Of a stretch of 26,000 nt of DNA, positions 25,523-26,000 are shown piece by piece (position 1 is the stretch's first letter; the number at the start of each line of letters is the position of its first letter). The translations under genes were made by a program, and so were the position numbers. Origin of the DNA: a virus (lineage: Duplodnaviria; Caudoviricetes). The stretch is from positions 1-26,000 of the IMG/VR virus record IMGVR_UViG_3300032216_000707; one strand, written 5' to 3'. The notes below the pieces were generated by a model, which saw nothing but the letters and a program-made list of their open reading frames with translations, was not told the origin of the DNA and did not search any database.

Positions 25523-25947
25523 AAACAATAAACCCATCGCTGTTCCTATTGTGTACTGCTCTTTTTGTGGCTTCAACGCCTCAACTTGCGGTTGCATCTA
25601 CGATGCACCAAGAAACCCCTATCAAGTGTAGTTCAATAGTAAAAATTAAAAACTCAATGTCTTTATCAAAAAGTTTTGCTAAGACATATGCTCATTCTCA
25701 AATGTATAAGATGGGCTGGTCTAATGGCGAATGGAAGTCTTTGCTTAAACTATGGACCCGTGAATCCCGGTGGGATCCCTCCGCAAAGAATCCACACTCA
25801 ACAGCATTTGGCATAGCGCAGATGCTCAATACGCCTCATGACTCTACGATTATTGAACAGGTTAATTCAGGCTTGATCTATATTAAACACCGCTATAAGA
25901 GCCCTACAATGGCTTTAAAACACCATTATAGGACTGGTTGGTACTAA
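25519..25947 (+). CDS. Exported lysozyme-like / SLT-type lytic transglycosylase (142 aa)
   Basis: Signal-peptide-like N-terminus; LWTRESRW.P.A.NP.STAFGIAQ.L with candidate catalytic Glu; YIKHRY and terminal GWY. Confidence 0.75.
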   Translation: MKTINPSLFLLCTALFVASTPQLAVASTMHQETPIKCSSIVKIKNSMSLSKSFAKTYAHSQMYKMGWSNGEWKSLLKLWTRESRWDPSAKNPHSTAFGIAQMLNTPHDSTIIEQVNSGLIYIKHRYKSPTMALKHHYRTGWY

Positions 25948-26000
25948 TGACTAACAAGAATGGGAGAAAGGGGTCTCTCTTTGAGACCTCTGTTCTTAAG
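25947..26000 (+). CDS. Partial CDS, possibly a Holliday junction resolvase (3'-truncated)
   Basis: TAATG overlap; MTNKNGRKGSLFETSVLK resembles the RKG..FE start of Hjc-like resolvases, but only 18 codons are visible. Confidence 0.4.
   Translation, partial: MTNKNGRKGSLFETSVLK

Noticed and set aside
1-26000. Stop-codon reassignment or tRNA genes
   Set aside because: Genes tile the window under the standard code with TAA, TAG and TGA all used as stops, and no cloverleaf was seen in the short intergenic gaps.

Overview
This window is a 26-kb segment of a tailed dsDNA phage genome with podovirus-like organisation. The host is most plausibly a low-GC freshwater actinobacterium; this is inferred from promoter style, a leaderless gene and gene content. 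Almost everything is on the + strand. In order: three putative internal-virion/ejection proteins (the first is 5'-truncated), scaffold, major capsid protein, a translationally coupled run of small Lys-rich proteins, a fragmented fibre/adhesin module with two Gly-rich paralogs, adaptor, tail fibre, beta-propeller, nozzle and a lysis cassette (TM protein, CHAP endolysin, holin). Back-to-back terminators follow, then a ~350-bp control region with a single minus-strand 40-aa membrane microprotein, overlapping divergent -10 elements and a dense run of hairpins. The window ends in an early/replication module (zinc ribbons, PD-(D/E)XK exonuclease, DnaB/RecA-like ATPase, SLT-like transglycosylase). 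I saw no tRNA, CRISPR array, integrase or RT. The most interesting signals are non-coding: structured RNAs on both sides of the scaffold-capsid pair, and the divergent microprotein/sRNA locus. All family assignments come from motif recognition by eye, not from database searches.
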